The notes under the pieces: model-generated | The model's input: only the letters and a program-made list of their open reading frames with translations | What the model was told of the DNA's origin: nothing | Database searches by the model: none | Part shown: one piece after another, positions 47,201 through 55,775 of the stretch | Numbering within the stretch: the stretch's first letter is position 1 | Layout of the letters: each line of letters begins with the position of its first letter | DNA from: an uncultured bacterium | GTDB lineage: Bacteria > Oederibacteriota > PGYV01 > CAWJRG01 | Assembly (NCBI GenBank): GCA_963845185.1 | Contig: CAWJRG010000005.1 | Coordinates: 256,001-320,000 of the forward strand | Length of the DNA stretch: 64,000 nt | Direction: 5' to 3' | Translations under genes and position numbers: made by a program

Positions 47201-49927
47201 AGGCGTATATGTCCTGGTATCTGTCACGGATACTGTATTTGTAACTGTTAAAGTAAAAGTCGGCGTCGGCGTCACTGTAATGGTATACGTATATGTATAT
47301 GTAACTGTCCGCGTGTACGTGGATGTCGGCGAAAGCGTGTTTGTGAATGTCGGCGTCGGCGTCGGTGTCTGCGTCTGCGTGAATGTAGGCGTATCTGTCC
47401 TGGTATCTGTCACTGACACTGTATTTGTCACTGTCAAAGTAAACGTGGGCGTCGGCGTCACTGTAATGGTATCTGTATATGTATATGTAACTGTCTGGGT
47501 GTATGTGTATGTCTGTGTATTTGTCCTTGTAAATGTCGGAGTGGGTGACGGTGTATTCGTGTTTGTCGGCGTAAATGTATTCGTGTATGTCGGTGTCTGC
47601 GAAGGCGTATCTGTCCTTGTAAATGTCGGAGTATAAGTAACTGTGTATGTAAAGGTATATGTGTAAGTGTATGTTGCTGTGTTCGTATAAGTGTCTGTCG
47701 GCGTCGGAGTCTTTGTATATGTGGGCGATGGCGTGTCTGTATAAGTAAACGTGCTTGTCGGCGTATCTGTCCTGGTAAACGTATATGTAGGTGTGAATGT
47801 AGGCGTGTATGTAAATGTTGGCGTATTTGGATTAACAGTCGGTGTCGGTGTCCTTGTCGGCGTTGCCGTGAATGTAGGCGACATGCATATAATGTTAAAT
47901 ACAACCGGGTTTGAAAATTCCGATACTATATTTGTCGCTCCTATGCCTCCCACATTTGTAAAGCTCTGGGCGCATGCATTCGTTGATGCCCACCAAGTGT
48001 ATGACCCGCTCTGGTCGCTTATATTACCGAGGCTCCAGCTTACAATGCCTCCTGAATCTGTCCCGCTCGGGTTTGACCCCTGATATGTCAGCCCTGTAGG
48101 CACTGTATCGTACAAAGTCGCGTTTGCCGCCACTCTCGGTATTAATACTGCAAAGTTATTATATGAATCCTGCGTTGTGCCGTAGTCGCCTGACTGCTGC
48201 CCGACACCCGGCCTCCAGTCAGTATATGTACCTGTGCCTGAGCAGTTCCAGGCAGCGTTGGACGCTGCTCCGGTATCTGTCCATGTAACCTGGTAACCTG
48301 TCGGTTCAGGCTGGCCCACCTGCCATACTTTTGCCTGGAATATATAATCACTACCGTTTGTCGTCATCCATGTCTTTGTCCTATACCATGTATCCCCGGT
48401 TATTGTCACAGAACTTGAAGCGCCGTTCCACGTGCAGCTTGAGCCTGCACATTTCTGTATAGCCATGAATCCGCCTGCGGGAGCCGTATCTATTGATAAA
48501 AGCAGACTGTAAGCTTCGGCATTGCCTCCTGATTGCCCATTGCTTCTCAGGATTACCAGTCCGTCTGCGCCCGGGTATGTTCCTGGGTTTATATAAATAT
48601 CAGACTCAATTATTCCTGTGCAAACCTGCACGTTCGAAGGAGTCGGGTCGTCAAGCAAAAGCGCGGGATATGAAGCTGTCTGTCCTGCTCCTGTCAATAT
48701 CCTGTCACCTGTATTGCACGGGTCTCCTATTGTCCATGTTCCATTGTCGCCGCTTGTAAATGGCAATAATTTCCACCCGGAAGGCGGCCCGCTGTTGCCG
48801 TATGTCCCTGTCGCTGTGTCGTCAAACGCCCTGTAGTCTTGGAGCTTGTCCCCGTTCACCTGGTAATTGAGATAATATGATATCGTCACTGTGGCGTTTG
48901 TCGCTTTCATAAATGTGGTTACGCTTTCCAGTTTTTCCACTGATATTGCTGCCTGGCCAACTATCAGCGTTGCTGACGCGCTTGCATTGGTTGAACCGCT
49001 TGTTGCGTTTGCAGTATTCGGCACTGACGTTCCTGACGCCATTGCAGTTGTCATCCTCATCAATATCCATACTGTTCCTTGTTTTGTATAGGTTGAAGCA
49101 GGGAATGTCCATGTTACCGTGCCTGACGTGGATCCTGCCGCAGGCGCGCTCACGCTCCCGCTGTTTATTGAGCTCGGACCTACAGACACCAAAGCAAGGC
49201 TTCCTCCGCCCGGCAAAGCGTCTGTTATTGTCAGCGATCCGTTACCGTATGTGTAATCTATTGAAAATAATACAAGGTCGCCGACTGACTGCAGAACTCC
49301 CTCTACTCTTTTATCCAAAGTAACTGAATTAGCAGGCGGCGTAGGTAATGACCAGCTTAATACTGCCCCTGAGCCGCTTGTACTGCATGCTCCATTTGAT
49401 AAAGCAGTCCAAAGACTCCCCCCAAAATATGAAGTTTGTGCTCCTATCAGTAAATTAAGTGTTGTCGAGCCGCATGCTGTGCCCATCTGCTGTGCGCTCG
49501 GCATTGTCAGGTTATACGACTCTGTAACCAACATGCCTGAACCGCTACCGCAATCAGTACAATTGGCAACAAATGGTGATGGTTGAGGCATATGATAGCC
49601 AAAATCAGTGCCGCTGCTTCCGTTATTCGGATTTGTGTCCGGAATGTTAATGCCATCACTGCTTATTAAAAATATCTGTCCTCCCGTCTGTGCCGGCTGG
49701 AATGTGCTGCTCGTGCTCACTGCTACAAGCAACTCATTGGGAGTAGAATACTGATCCACGCACATTTGCAAAGTCAGAATAAATTGCTGTCCCCAGCCCG
49801 GGCTTGCCGGTGCTATATTCTCAGAAATTATCTGCGGAGAGCCAGCGTAAAGTAAGCTGCCGGATAATATTAATATTATTATGCCAATAAAAATATTTAT
49901 CTTTTTTAAACTGTTTCGCATTCTCAT
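44270..49927 (-). CDS. Giant secreted Thr-x-Thr repeat surface protein, subtype A (1885 aa)
   Basis: Closest paralog of 31055..36715 (LDKRVEGVLQSVGDLVLFS, GASSS, near-identical tail) but lacks its third DUF11-like domain. Confidence 0.9.
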   Translation of the reverse strand: MRMRNSLKKINIFIGIIILILSGSLLYAGSPQIISENIAPASPGWGQQFILTLQMCVDQYSTPNELLVAVSTSSTFQPAQTGGQIFLISSDGINIPDTNPNNGSSGTDFGYHMPQPSPFVANCTDCGSGSGMLVTESYNLTMPSAQQMGTACGSTTLNLLIGAQTSYFGGSLWTALSNGACSTSGSGAVLSWSLPTPPANSVTLDKRVEGVLQSVGDLVLFSIDYTYGNGSLTITDALPGGGSLALVSVGPSSINSGSVSAPAAGSTSGTVTWTFPASTYTKQGTVWILMRMTTAMASGTSVPNTANATSGSTNASASATLIVGQAAISVEKLESVTTFMKATNATVTISYYLNYQVNGDKLQDYRAFDDTATGTYGNSGPPSGWKLLPFTSGDNGTWTIGDPCNTGDRILTGAGQTASYPALLLDDPTPSNVQVCTGIIESDIYINPGTYPGADGLVILRSNGQSGGNAEAYSLLLSIDTAPAGGFMAIQKCAGSSCTWNGASSSVTITGDTWYRTKTWMTTNGSDYIFQAKVWQVGQPEPTGYQVTWTDTGAASNAAWNCSGTGTYTDWRPGVGQQSGDYGTTQDSYNNFAVLIPRVAANATLYDTVPTGLTYQGSNPSGTDSGGIVSWSLGNISDQSGSYTWWASTNACAQSFTNVGGIGATNIVSEFSNPVVFNIICMSPTFTATPTRTPTPTVNPNTPTFTYTPTFTPTYTFTRTDTPTSTFTYTDTPSPTYTKTPTPTDTYTNTATYTYTYTFTYTVTYTPTFTRTDTPSQTPTYTNTFTPTNTNTPSPTPTFTRTNTQTYTYTQTVTYTYTDTITVTPTPTFTLTVTNTVSVTDTRTDTPTFTQTQTPTPTPTFTNTLSPTSTYTRTVTYTYTYTITVTPTPTFTLTVTNTVSVTDTRTYTPTYTQTATPTPTSTFTNTLSPTYTYTQTPTFTRTYTPTATPTYTNTQSPTPTYTQTVTYTFTYTATKTYTPTVTNTVTPTYTITMTFTVVILSATYTPTFTITQTSTPTYTVTVTDTKTYTPTNTPTYTNTASPTPTYTQTVTYTYTFTDTMTVTPSPSPTMTITVSVTFTRTYTPTFTLTDTPTPTPTYTNTASPTPTYTRTVTYTSTATPTPTDTVTPTYTITMTFTVVIVSATITPTYTVTKTITVTDTQTYTPTSTPTYTNTTSPTPTYTQTVTYTSTNTASYTNTVTPTYTITMTFTVVILSATFTPTYTATRTITVTDTQTDTPTATPTYTNTTSPTPTYTQTVTDTSTATGTYTDTVSPTYTITMTFTVVILSATYTPTYTATRTITVTDTQTDTPTATPTYTNTTSPTFTYTQTVTDTSTATPSYTNTDTPTCTITMTFTVVILSATFTPTYTVTKTTTLTYTQTDTPSDTPTYTYTSTETDTGTPTYTYTATPTATATDTATPTYTNSPVDTPTDTPTVSPTPSSTPTDTSTYTNTPTDTPTFTPTVSITSSSTLTLTYTYTLTSTYTDTPVDTPTYTSTSTPTYTSTLTQTYTYTDTITATMTWTNTRTLTTTNTATNTLSATITYTSTNTQTVTITITPVPFPYVMNISVYNEAGELVKTIVSTTTSQEAQQVQLLLNGNQATVVAPGSGTPLTIKVPGLETPDQQKNGYASFTWDGTNSAGQDVTNGTYYIKETTTDPYGHSDIITKQITAINEDQYVQVNIFNSAGELVQTITAPYNGSGQVSLSISNSTGSNNYVFGIGKGAPAIVIGYTTTGLNVPWDGKNAQGNYLQSGVYEVQLVVKTNQGISIKASKSITLLNEGNTDVLGTIKSLPNPYIGDTSTPLIFTWQPSANGAIKIKIYNIAGELVRTLVGDLGAASINWDLKSVGGQTVSSGTYICVVEGVDTIGNKTRKIVKLSAIIQSGQ

Positions 49928-49969
49928 TACTGTATTGACCGCCTTATTTTGCTAAATTTTTACTATATT

Positions 49970-49997
49970 TTAGACAACAGAAAACAGCTTAAGTTTC
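49970..49997 (-). promoter_or_regulatory. ECF sigma-type promoter GAAACTT-N14-TGTCTAA
   Basis: 43 nt upstream of ATG 49927. Confidence 0.75.
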
Positions 49998-50180
49998 GGT
50001 TAAAATTAAGGTTTTATTGACTCGCTTTCTATAATATTAAGGGATTTTGCCAAGGCCGCCTTTTTCTGTTTTACAATGCAATATTATATATCACAAATTG
50101 CTACGTGTAAATACATAAAATTTCTTTTTAAATTGCTTTATTTAGCTTTTTATCGAATGTACACTGGTATTTATGCAAAT

Positions 50181-50207
50181 AAAAAAGGCGGCTTTCACCG
50201 CCTTTTT
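50181..50207. terminator. Intrinsic terminator
   Basis: AAAAAAGGCGG-cttt-ca-CCGCCTTTTT. Confidence 0.8.
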
Positions 50208-50237
50208 GCCCTATAATCTGCCAATATTGCAGATTAT

Positions 50238-50312
50238 TTACCTTATAACCGCAATTTTTTTCCTTACAACCTTTCCTTCTGCCTGAATTTTAAGAAGATA
50301 TAGGCTGTTTAC
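50238..50312 (-). pseudogene. Remnant 3' end of a CTD-bearing gene (VNSLYLLKIQAEGKVVRKKIAVIR*)
   Basis: Manual translation resembles the CTD tails VANGVYILRVASKTKTVTKKISVVK* and SGIYIYLMEAVAGGNKAKANGKIAVMK*; no start of its own. Confidence 0.55.
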
Positions 50313-50313
50313 C

Positions 50314-52650
50314 CTATTTCTTTGCTTTTTCCGCCTGCTGAATTTGGTTGTACAAATTCACCAGTTGCGGGTCATTGCCAACTGTCTGTATTGCTTCTTT
50401 AAGTATATTTAATGCTTTGCCGGGTTGCCCCAATTTATAATATGTTTGAGCTATATCAGCGTAAATTCCGGCGCTTTTATCCCAATCCTCTGCTTTCTGA
50501 AAATATTTTAGTGCCTCCTCAAAATTGCTGTTTTTAAAATTATATACCCCTATATTTCTATATATTTCATTTGCCTTATATCCATATTCGAGTAAAAAGT
50601 CAAAATAATCCAACGCTTTTAAATACTTGCCGGCCGCCAACAAAGCAACAGCTTGATTAAACAGCGCTTCTAACTGCGTAGGCATATCAATATTTCCCAA
50701 CTGATATATATATTGTTGTAAAGCTGTTTTATTTTCACTGCCATATTTCATTGCTTCTTCAAACATATCCTTTGCCATTGGCCATAGCTTTTCGTTATAA
50801 TAAATTCTGCCTAATAATTCGTAAGCCTGATAATAATTTTCTTTTGTCTTAATAGTTTTCTTTAAATATTTTATCTGGTTATCTTTATCATTAAGTTCTT
50901 TGTAAACAAATGATAAGTCATAATAAATATGTGCAGTTTCTGAATCCTCAGGAAATAACAAAGCATAATTAAAATATTTTATTGCTAATGTATAATTTTT
51001 TTCTTCAAAAAACTCATAAGCTTTTTCAGCAAATTTTTCTTTATATAAAGAAACCAGCTTTTTATCATAATCAGTATTTGTATCATAAATACCACGACAT
51101 GAATAAATTTTATAAATTTCATCAGTTGTATTTTCATTTCTTGAATTTATTTTATAAAGTAACCCGTAAGTTTCATGGCTAAAATTACTTTTAAGAAATT
51201 CTTCAAAATTGCTCAAATAAAAATCATTATTTCCGGAAAATTTTCTGATTATATTGATTAAATTATTAGCAGAGCTTTGTGCGTCCATATTCAAATCTCC
51301 ATACTTCCGGTTAAAATCCTTTATTCCCCACATATATTGAAGTGAATAAATGCTTGCGTATTTAATATCCCGTGCCCTGTGTTCCACCCAGCGCAAATAT
51401 GTAATCGGCATTATAAAATAATCACCGTACGCCATATAAAAACTGCCCGGTTTTATCGTATCAAGGATATTATCCCCAAAATCATACGCAATAAAATTAT
51501 ACCGGTTATTATTTGTCTTAAACTGTAAAAATCCGGTATATAATAAAATGATAATTAAAAAAACAAAAAGGATGCCTTTGTAAACTTTCTTAATAAATAT
51601 TCCCGATATTAAATATATTCCGTTTATTGAAAAAATTGCCAATATATATAAGGAAGGCATTAGAAACGTTCCTGTCGCCCATTCGAATTTCTCTCCCAAG
51701 CGCAGAGAAAAAATTACTATAAATAGATTTACCAAAAATATGCTTAAATAAAGAAATGAAATTTCTTTTTTCACCTTTCTTAATGCATAAAATCCAATAA
51801 CGCCAAATATTCCAAATAAGTTAAAATTCGTAAAAAATAAACCAATTATTTCTTTTATGTGATATCCCTTGACAAATACTGACGGAAAACCACCATGCGA
51901 ATAACCGGATAAAAAAATTGTCCAGAATAAGTCCTTTAAATTATCGGGCCTGTCCATAAAAACAAAAATATTTTCATTTTCAGCCCTTATTGGCAAATAA
52001 ATATATGTGCTTAGGCCCAATAATAACAATAGCAGGCACTCGGCAAAATTTTTCCCTGTTAGTTTTCTCCTGTATTTATAGAATATAAATGCGAGAAAAG
52101 GCAAAAAAATCGCCATGCTTGGCCAGTGGTTTGTAAGCGAAAGCCCGAAAACATATATTATTAAATATAAATTTTTAATATCGAATGCATTTGACAAGCG
52201 CAAACTTAAAAATATTAAAACAGATAAAAATAAAAGATTTAAAATATATATCCCGCCTTTTGCTTCTATTGCCTGATTCCAGTAAATATATGAAAATGCG
52301 AGTATAAAGATACTTAAAAAATTTATATTTTTATTCTCATAGTGAAAAATTTGAAACGTAATTTGTTTGCTAAGATAATAAAACAATAATAGTACTAAAA
52401 TGGCAAGAAATATTGCAAATAAGTTTATTCTGAAAGCAGGCGAGCCAACCGGCAATAAACTAAATATTTTAGCCGCCATTGTAAAAAATGGGTATCCCGG
52501 CGGGTGGCTTATGCCGAGGGTGTATGCAGATGTTATTGTTTCAGGCGAGTCGTCATTCTTAAATGCCGGGAATGTGGTATAAATATATATTTGAAATATT
52601 GCAATTAGAGATAATAACAATACTATAATATCTTTATATTTTTTGGGCAT
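50314..52650 (-). CDS. DUF2723 / TMEM260-like membrane glycosyltransferase with C-terminal TPRs
   Basis: DDSPETITSAYTLGISHPPGYP, WNQAIEA, GLSLTNHW, YLPIRA; multiple TM helices; TPR tail. Confidence 0.85.
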   Translation of the reverse strand: MPKKYKDIIVLLLSLIAIFQIYIYTTFPAFKNDDSPETITSAYTLGISHPPGYPFFTMAAKIFSLLPVGSPAFRINLFAIFLAILVLLLFYYLSKQITFQIFHYENKNINFLSIFILAFSYIYWNQAIEAKGGIYILNLLFLSVLIFLSLRLSNAFDIKNLYLIIYVFGLSLTNHWPSMAIFLPFLAFIFYKYRRKLTGKNFAECLLLLLLGLSTYIYLPIRAENENIFVFMDRPDNLKDLFWTIFLSGYSHGGFPSVFVKGYHIKEIIGLFFTNFNLFGIFGVIGFYALRKVKKEISFLYLSIFLVNLFIVIFSLRLGEKFEWATGTFLMPSLYILAIFSINGIYLISGIFIKKVYKGILFVFLIIILLYTGFLQFKTNNNRYNFIAYDFGDNILDTIKPGSFYMAYGDYFIMPITYLRWVEHRARDIKYASIYSLQYMWGIKDFNRKYGDLNMDAQSSANNLINIIRKFSGNNDFYLSNFEEFLKSNFSHETYGLLYKINSRNENTTDEIYKIYSCRGIYDTNTDYDKKLVSLYKEKFAEKAYEFFEEKNYTLAIKYFNYALLFPEDSETAHIYYDLSFVYKELNDKDNQIKYLKKTIKTKENYYQAYELLGRIYYNEKLWPMAKDMFEEAMKYGSENKTALQQYIYQLGNIDMPTQLEALFNQAVALLAAGKYLKALDYFDFLLEYGYKANEIYRNIGVYNFKNSNFEEALKYFQKAEDWDKSAGIYADIAQTYYKLGQPGKALNILKEAIQTVGNDPQLVNLYNQIQQAEKAKK

Positions 52651-52986
52651 TAAATTATCCTTTCAATTATTATTGTACTTTTCGCATTAATTTAACATAA
52701 AAAAATATTTTTTTCAGAAGTATTTTTTATGGGCATAAATATATCGGGTGGAATTTTTAGTATTTATTTTTTATAGTAAATCATGCCCGACGATTCATAA
52801 TTTTTTCCAAAAATCCGGGTCTGTTTCCTTGATTTTTTTCAAGGCAAAAAAGCTTGTTTTGCTGGTCGCCATTGCTCTCTAATAAGCAAGCGCCAACTGG
52901 CAATAAACGCCTTTCGATTGGTTTGTAATCATACGGAAACCGTTCCTTATTTCTAAAAACGCTTATAAAGGTATAAGCCGTTTACC

Positions 52987-55347
52987 TTATTTCTTTACTT
53001 TTTCCGCATGCTGAATCTGGTTATATAAATTTACAAGCTGCGGATCGTTGCCAAAGACCTGCATTGCCTCTCTTAAAGTGTTTAAAGCCTTGTACGGTTG
53101 TCCTAGTTTAATATATGTTTGGGCTATATCAGTATAATTTACGGCACTTTTATCTGATTCCGATGCTTTCTGAAAGTACTTTAATGCTTCTTCAAAATTA
53201 TTGATTTTAAAATTACATATCCCCATATTTTTATATACTTCAACCGCGGCGTAATTCTGTTCAAGTAAAAATCCGAATAAATCGAGTGCTTTTAAATACC
53301 TGCCCGAAGCCATAAATGCTGCAGCCTGTCCGGATAGCGCTTTAAATTGTGAATAAGTATTTATTTCATCTATCTGATTTACATATTGTTGAAGCATGGC
53401 CTTATTATCACTGCCGTATTGTATTGCTTTTTCAAACATTTCTTTAGCCATAGGCCATAATCTTTCATTAAAATAAATTCCGCCCAATACCTCATATGCC
53501 TTATAATAATTTTCCTTTGCTCTAAAAGTCTCTTTTAAATATTTTATCTGGTTATCTTCGTCACTGATCGCTTTATAAGCCAAAAATAAATCATAATAAG
53601 TATAAGCCTTTGCTGAATTCCAGGGAAATAACAATGCGTATTTATAAGTTTCTATTGCTTCCTTGTATCTTTTTTCATCAAAAAAATCATATGCTTGATT
53701 TGTTAATTGTGCGCTGTACAGCGATATAAGAGCTTTGTCATAATCATCTTTGGCCGCGAATATCCCCCTGAATGCATAATTTTTAAATATCCCCGCCGGA
53801 ATGTGTTCGTTTTCGGCCGCAACCCTAAGCAACAGGCCTTTTGATTTTAGTTTAAAATTACCAATGTGATTTTTCATTTTTCCGGGAAAACCCTGTGAAA
53901 AATAAATGTTTTTTTCAGGAAAATACTTTCCGGTTATATTGCCTATATTGTCCATTACATTTAAATAACCCTGCTTAAGGGTAATTTGCCCGTATTTTTT
54001 TACAATGCTGTTGATTCCCCATTCATGTGAAAGATTATATATTGTCAGAATATTGATGTTGTCCGCTTTATGTTGCACTATCTGCCTGTAGCTGGCCGGC
54101 AGTGCATAATTGTCCCCGTAAGGTATGTAAAAACTCCCTGGTTCCATAGTCGCGGCCACATTATTTTCAAAATCGTAGGAAAGGTAATTAACGCTGCTAT
54201 TATTTATACTGAAATTCAAAAAACCGGCACATAATAAAATTACGATTGAAAGAGAGTAAAACGTATTTTTTAAAAATATCGCTTTTGCGTTTTTTGACAA
54301 TAAATGCATTCCGTTAATTAAAAAAATAAACAGTATATAGATGCTCGGCATTAGGAAGGTTCCCGTTGCCCATTTATATATTTCACCCAAACGCAAAGAA
54401 AATACAACTATGAATAAATTGGTTAAAAGCATACTGAGATAAAAAAATAGAATTTCCTTTTTCCTGCGCCAAAGCTCATAAATACCCAAAATTATGAATA
54501 TCCAGAATACATAAAAATCTTTTAGTAATAAAGTAATAATTTCTTCTATTTGATAATTATTAATGTCTAAATTTGGCAAAGTTTTATGTTCATAACCTGA
54601 TAAAAAAATTAGCCGGAGGAAATCGCCGATATTATCAGGCCTGTCAATAAAAACAAAAATATTCTCATTTTGTATTCTTAAAGGCAAAAAAGCGTATACG
54701 CTTAATCCCAATAATAATAATATTAAGGATATTATGAGATTTTTTACGGCTAATTTTTCCCGGTATTTATAAAAAATATATCCCAGGGCCGGAAAAAAAA
54801 TCAGCATACTCGGCCAATGGTTTGTCAATGAAAGTCCAAAAATATAAATTAACAGGTAAAAACGCCCGGTATTAAATGTGTAAAACAAATTAAAACTTAG
54901 GTATATTAATGCCGATAAAAACAATAAATTCAGTATGTATATCCCGCCTTTTGCCTCAATAGTTTGATTCCAAAACAAAAAGGAAAAAGCCATGACAAAA
55001 ACCCCAAAACAATTTATGATTTTGTTATTGTCGTTAAAAATAAAATAGATATTTTTTTTGATTATGAAATAAAAAAGCAGCAGGGCCATCAGGCCGAGAA
55101 ATATTGCAAATAAGTTTATTCTGAAAGCAGGCGAACCAACCGGCAATAAACTAAATATTTTAGCCGCCATTGTAAAAAGCGGGTATCCCGGAGGGTGGCT
55201 TATTCCGAGGGTATATGCAGATGTTATTGTTTCAGGCGAGTCGTCATTTTTAAATGTCGGAAATGTAGTATATAGATATATTTGAAATATCCCGGCTAAA
55301 GAAACTATTAGTATTATAATTTCTTTGTATTTTTTAATCATTTTCAC
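52987..55347 (-). CDS. DUF2723 / TMEM260-like membrane glycosyltransferase with C-terminal TPRs (tandem paralog)
   Basis: Same motifs as 50314..52650; near-identical N-terminal region. Confidence 0.85.
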   Translation of the reverse strand: MKMIKKYKEIIILIVSLAGIFQIYLYTTFPTFKNDDSPETITSAYTLGISHPPGYPLFTMAAKIFSLLPVGSPAFRINLFAIFLGLMALLLFYFIIKKNIYFIFNDNNKIINCFGVFVMAFSFLFWNQTIEAKGGIYILNLLFLSALIYLSFNLFYTFNTGRFYLLIYIFGLSLTNHWPSMLIFFPALGYIFYKYREKLAVKNLIISLILLLLGLSVYAFLPLRIQNENIFVFIDRPDNIGDFLRLIFLSGYEHKTLPNLDINNYQIEEIITLLLKDFYVFWIFIILGIYELWRRKKEILFFYLSMLLTNLFIVVFSLRLGEIYKWATGTFLMPSIYILFIFLINGMHLLSKNAKAIFLKNTFYSLSIVILLCAGFLNFSINNSSVNYLSYDFENNVAATMEPGSFYIPYGDNYALPASYRQIVQHKADNINILTIYNLSHEWGINSIVKKYGQITLKQGYLNVMDNIGNITGKYFPEKNIYFSQGFPGKMKNHIGNFKLKSKGLLLRVAAENEHIPAGIFKNYAFRGIFAAKDDYDKALISLYSAQLTNQAYDFFDEKRYKEAIETYKYALLFPWNSAKAYTYYDLFLAYKAISDEDNQIKYLKETFRAKENYYKAYEVLGGIYFNERLWPMAKEMFEKAIQYGSDNKAMLQQYVNQIDEINTYSQFKALSGQAAAFMASGRYLKALDLFGFLLEQNYAAVEVYKNMGICNFKINNFEEALKYFQKASESDKSAVNYTDIAQTYIKLGQPYKALNTLREAMQVFGNDPQLVNLYNQIQHAEKVKK

Positions 55348-55355
55348 CCTTTTAT

Positions 55356-55514
55356 GACAGCGTTTGTTTTATCAAGCCGTCATTATGGCAGTCAAATAGT
55401 CCTATGGACTATTTGACGGGTAGTTTCCATAAGCTATCATATAAAAACTACCCGACAAAACATTACGCTGTCTTATACCCGCTCAAGTCCGGATTCTATC
55501 CGGACAAGCGGTAT
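55356..55514. repeat. Composite REP-like repeat carrying mini-element copy E in its first hairpin; second hairpin intact
   Basis: GACAGCGT..TGTTTT...AAAACA..ACGCTGTC then TACCCGCTCAAGTCCGGA-ttcta-TCCGGACAAGCGGTA. Confidence 0.72.
55390..55455. mobile_element. Two-hairpin mini-element copy E
   Basis: GTCAAATAGTCC-tat-GGACTATTTGAC-GGGTAGTTT...AAACTACCC. Confidence 0.75.
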
Positions 55515-55715
55515 TAATTCATTTAAATTGTTCGTGTTCGCTGCACCCCATCAATTTAACATCAAATAATGTTTTTTTCATTAAAAATTCATGGGATTAT
55601 TTGCTGCTGTTCTTACCCTTTTTACAAATACACGCCAGCCATCTCCGCAAAGTAACCTTTGGCTGCGGCTACCGGATGTCGTGTTTCTGCCTTATAACTG
55701 CCTGCCTGCACAACT

Positions 55716-55743
55716 AAAAAAGGCGGCTTTCGCCGCCTTTTTT
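55716..55743. terminator. Intrinsic terminator
   Basis: AAAAAAGGCGGC-tttc-GCCGCCTTTTTT right after the stop at 55776. Confidence 0.88.
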
Positions 55744-55775
55744 AGTGAAACTTTTACTTATTCGCTATCCCTTTA

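Noticed and set aside
52796..52873. Short minus-strand ORF MATSKTSFFALKKIKETDPDFWKKL between the DUF2723 genes
   Set aside because: 25 codons, weak RBS and no recognisable similarity.
55515..55715. Possible riboswitch (e.g. c-di-GMP) upstream of the DUF2723 pair
   Set aside because: Some GC pairing, but I could not match the conserved core of any riboswitch; an Rfam scan would be needed.
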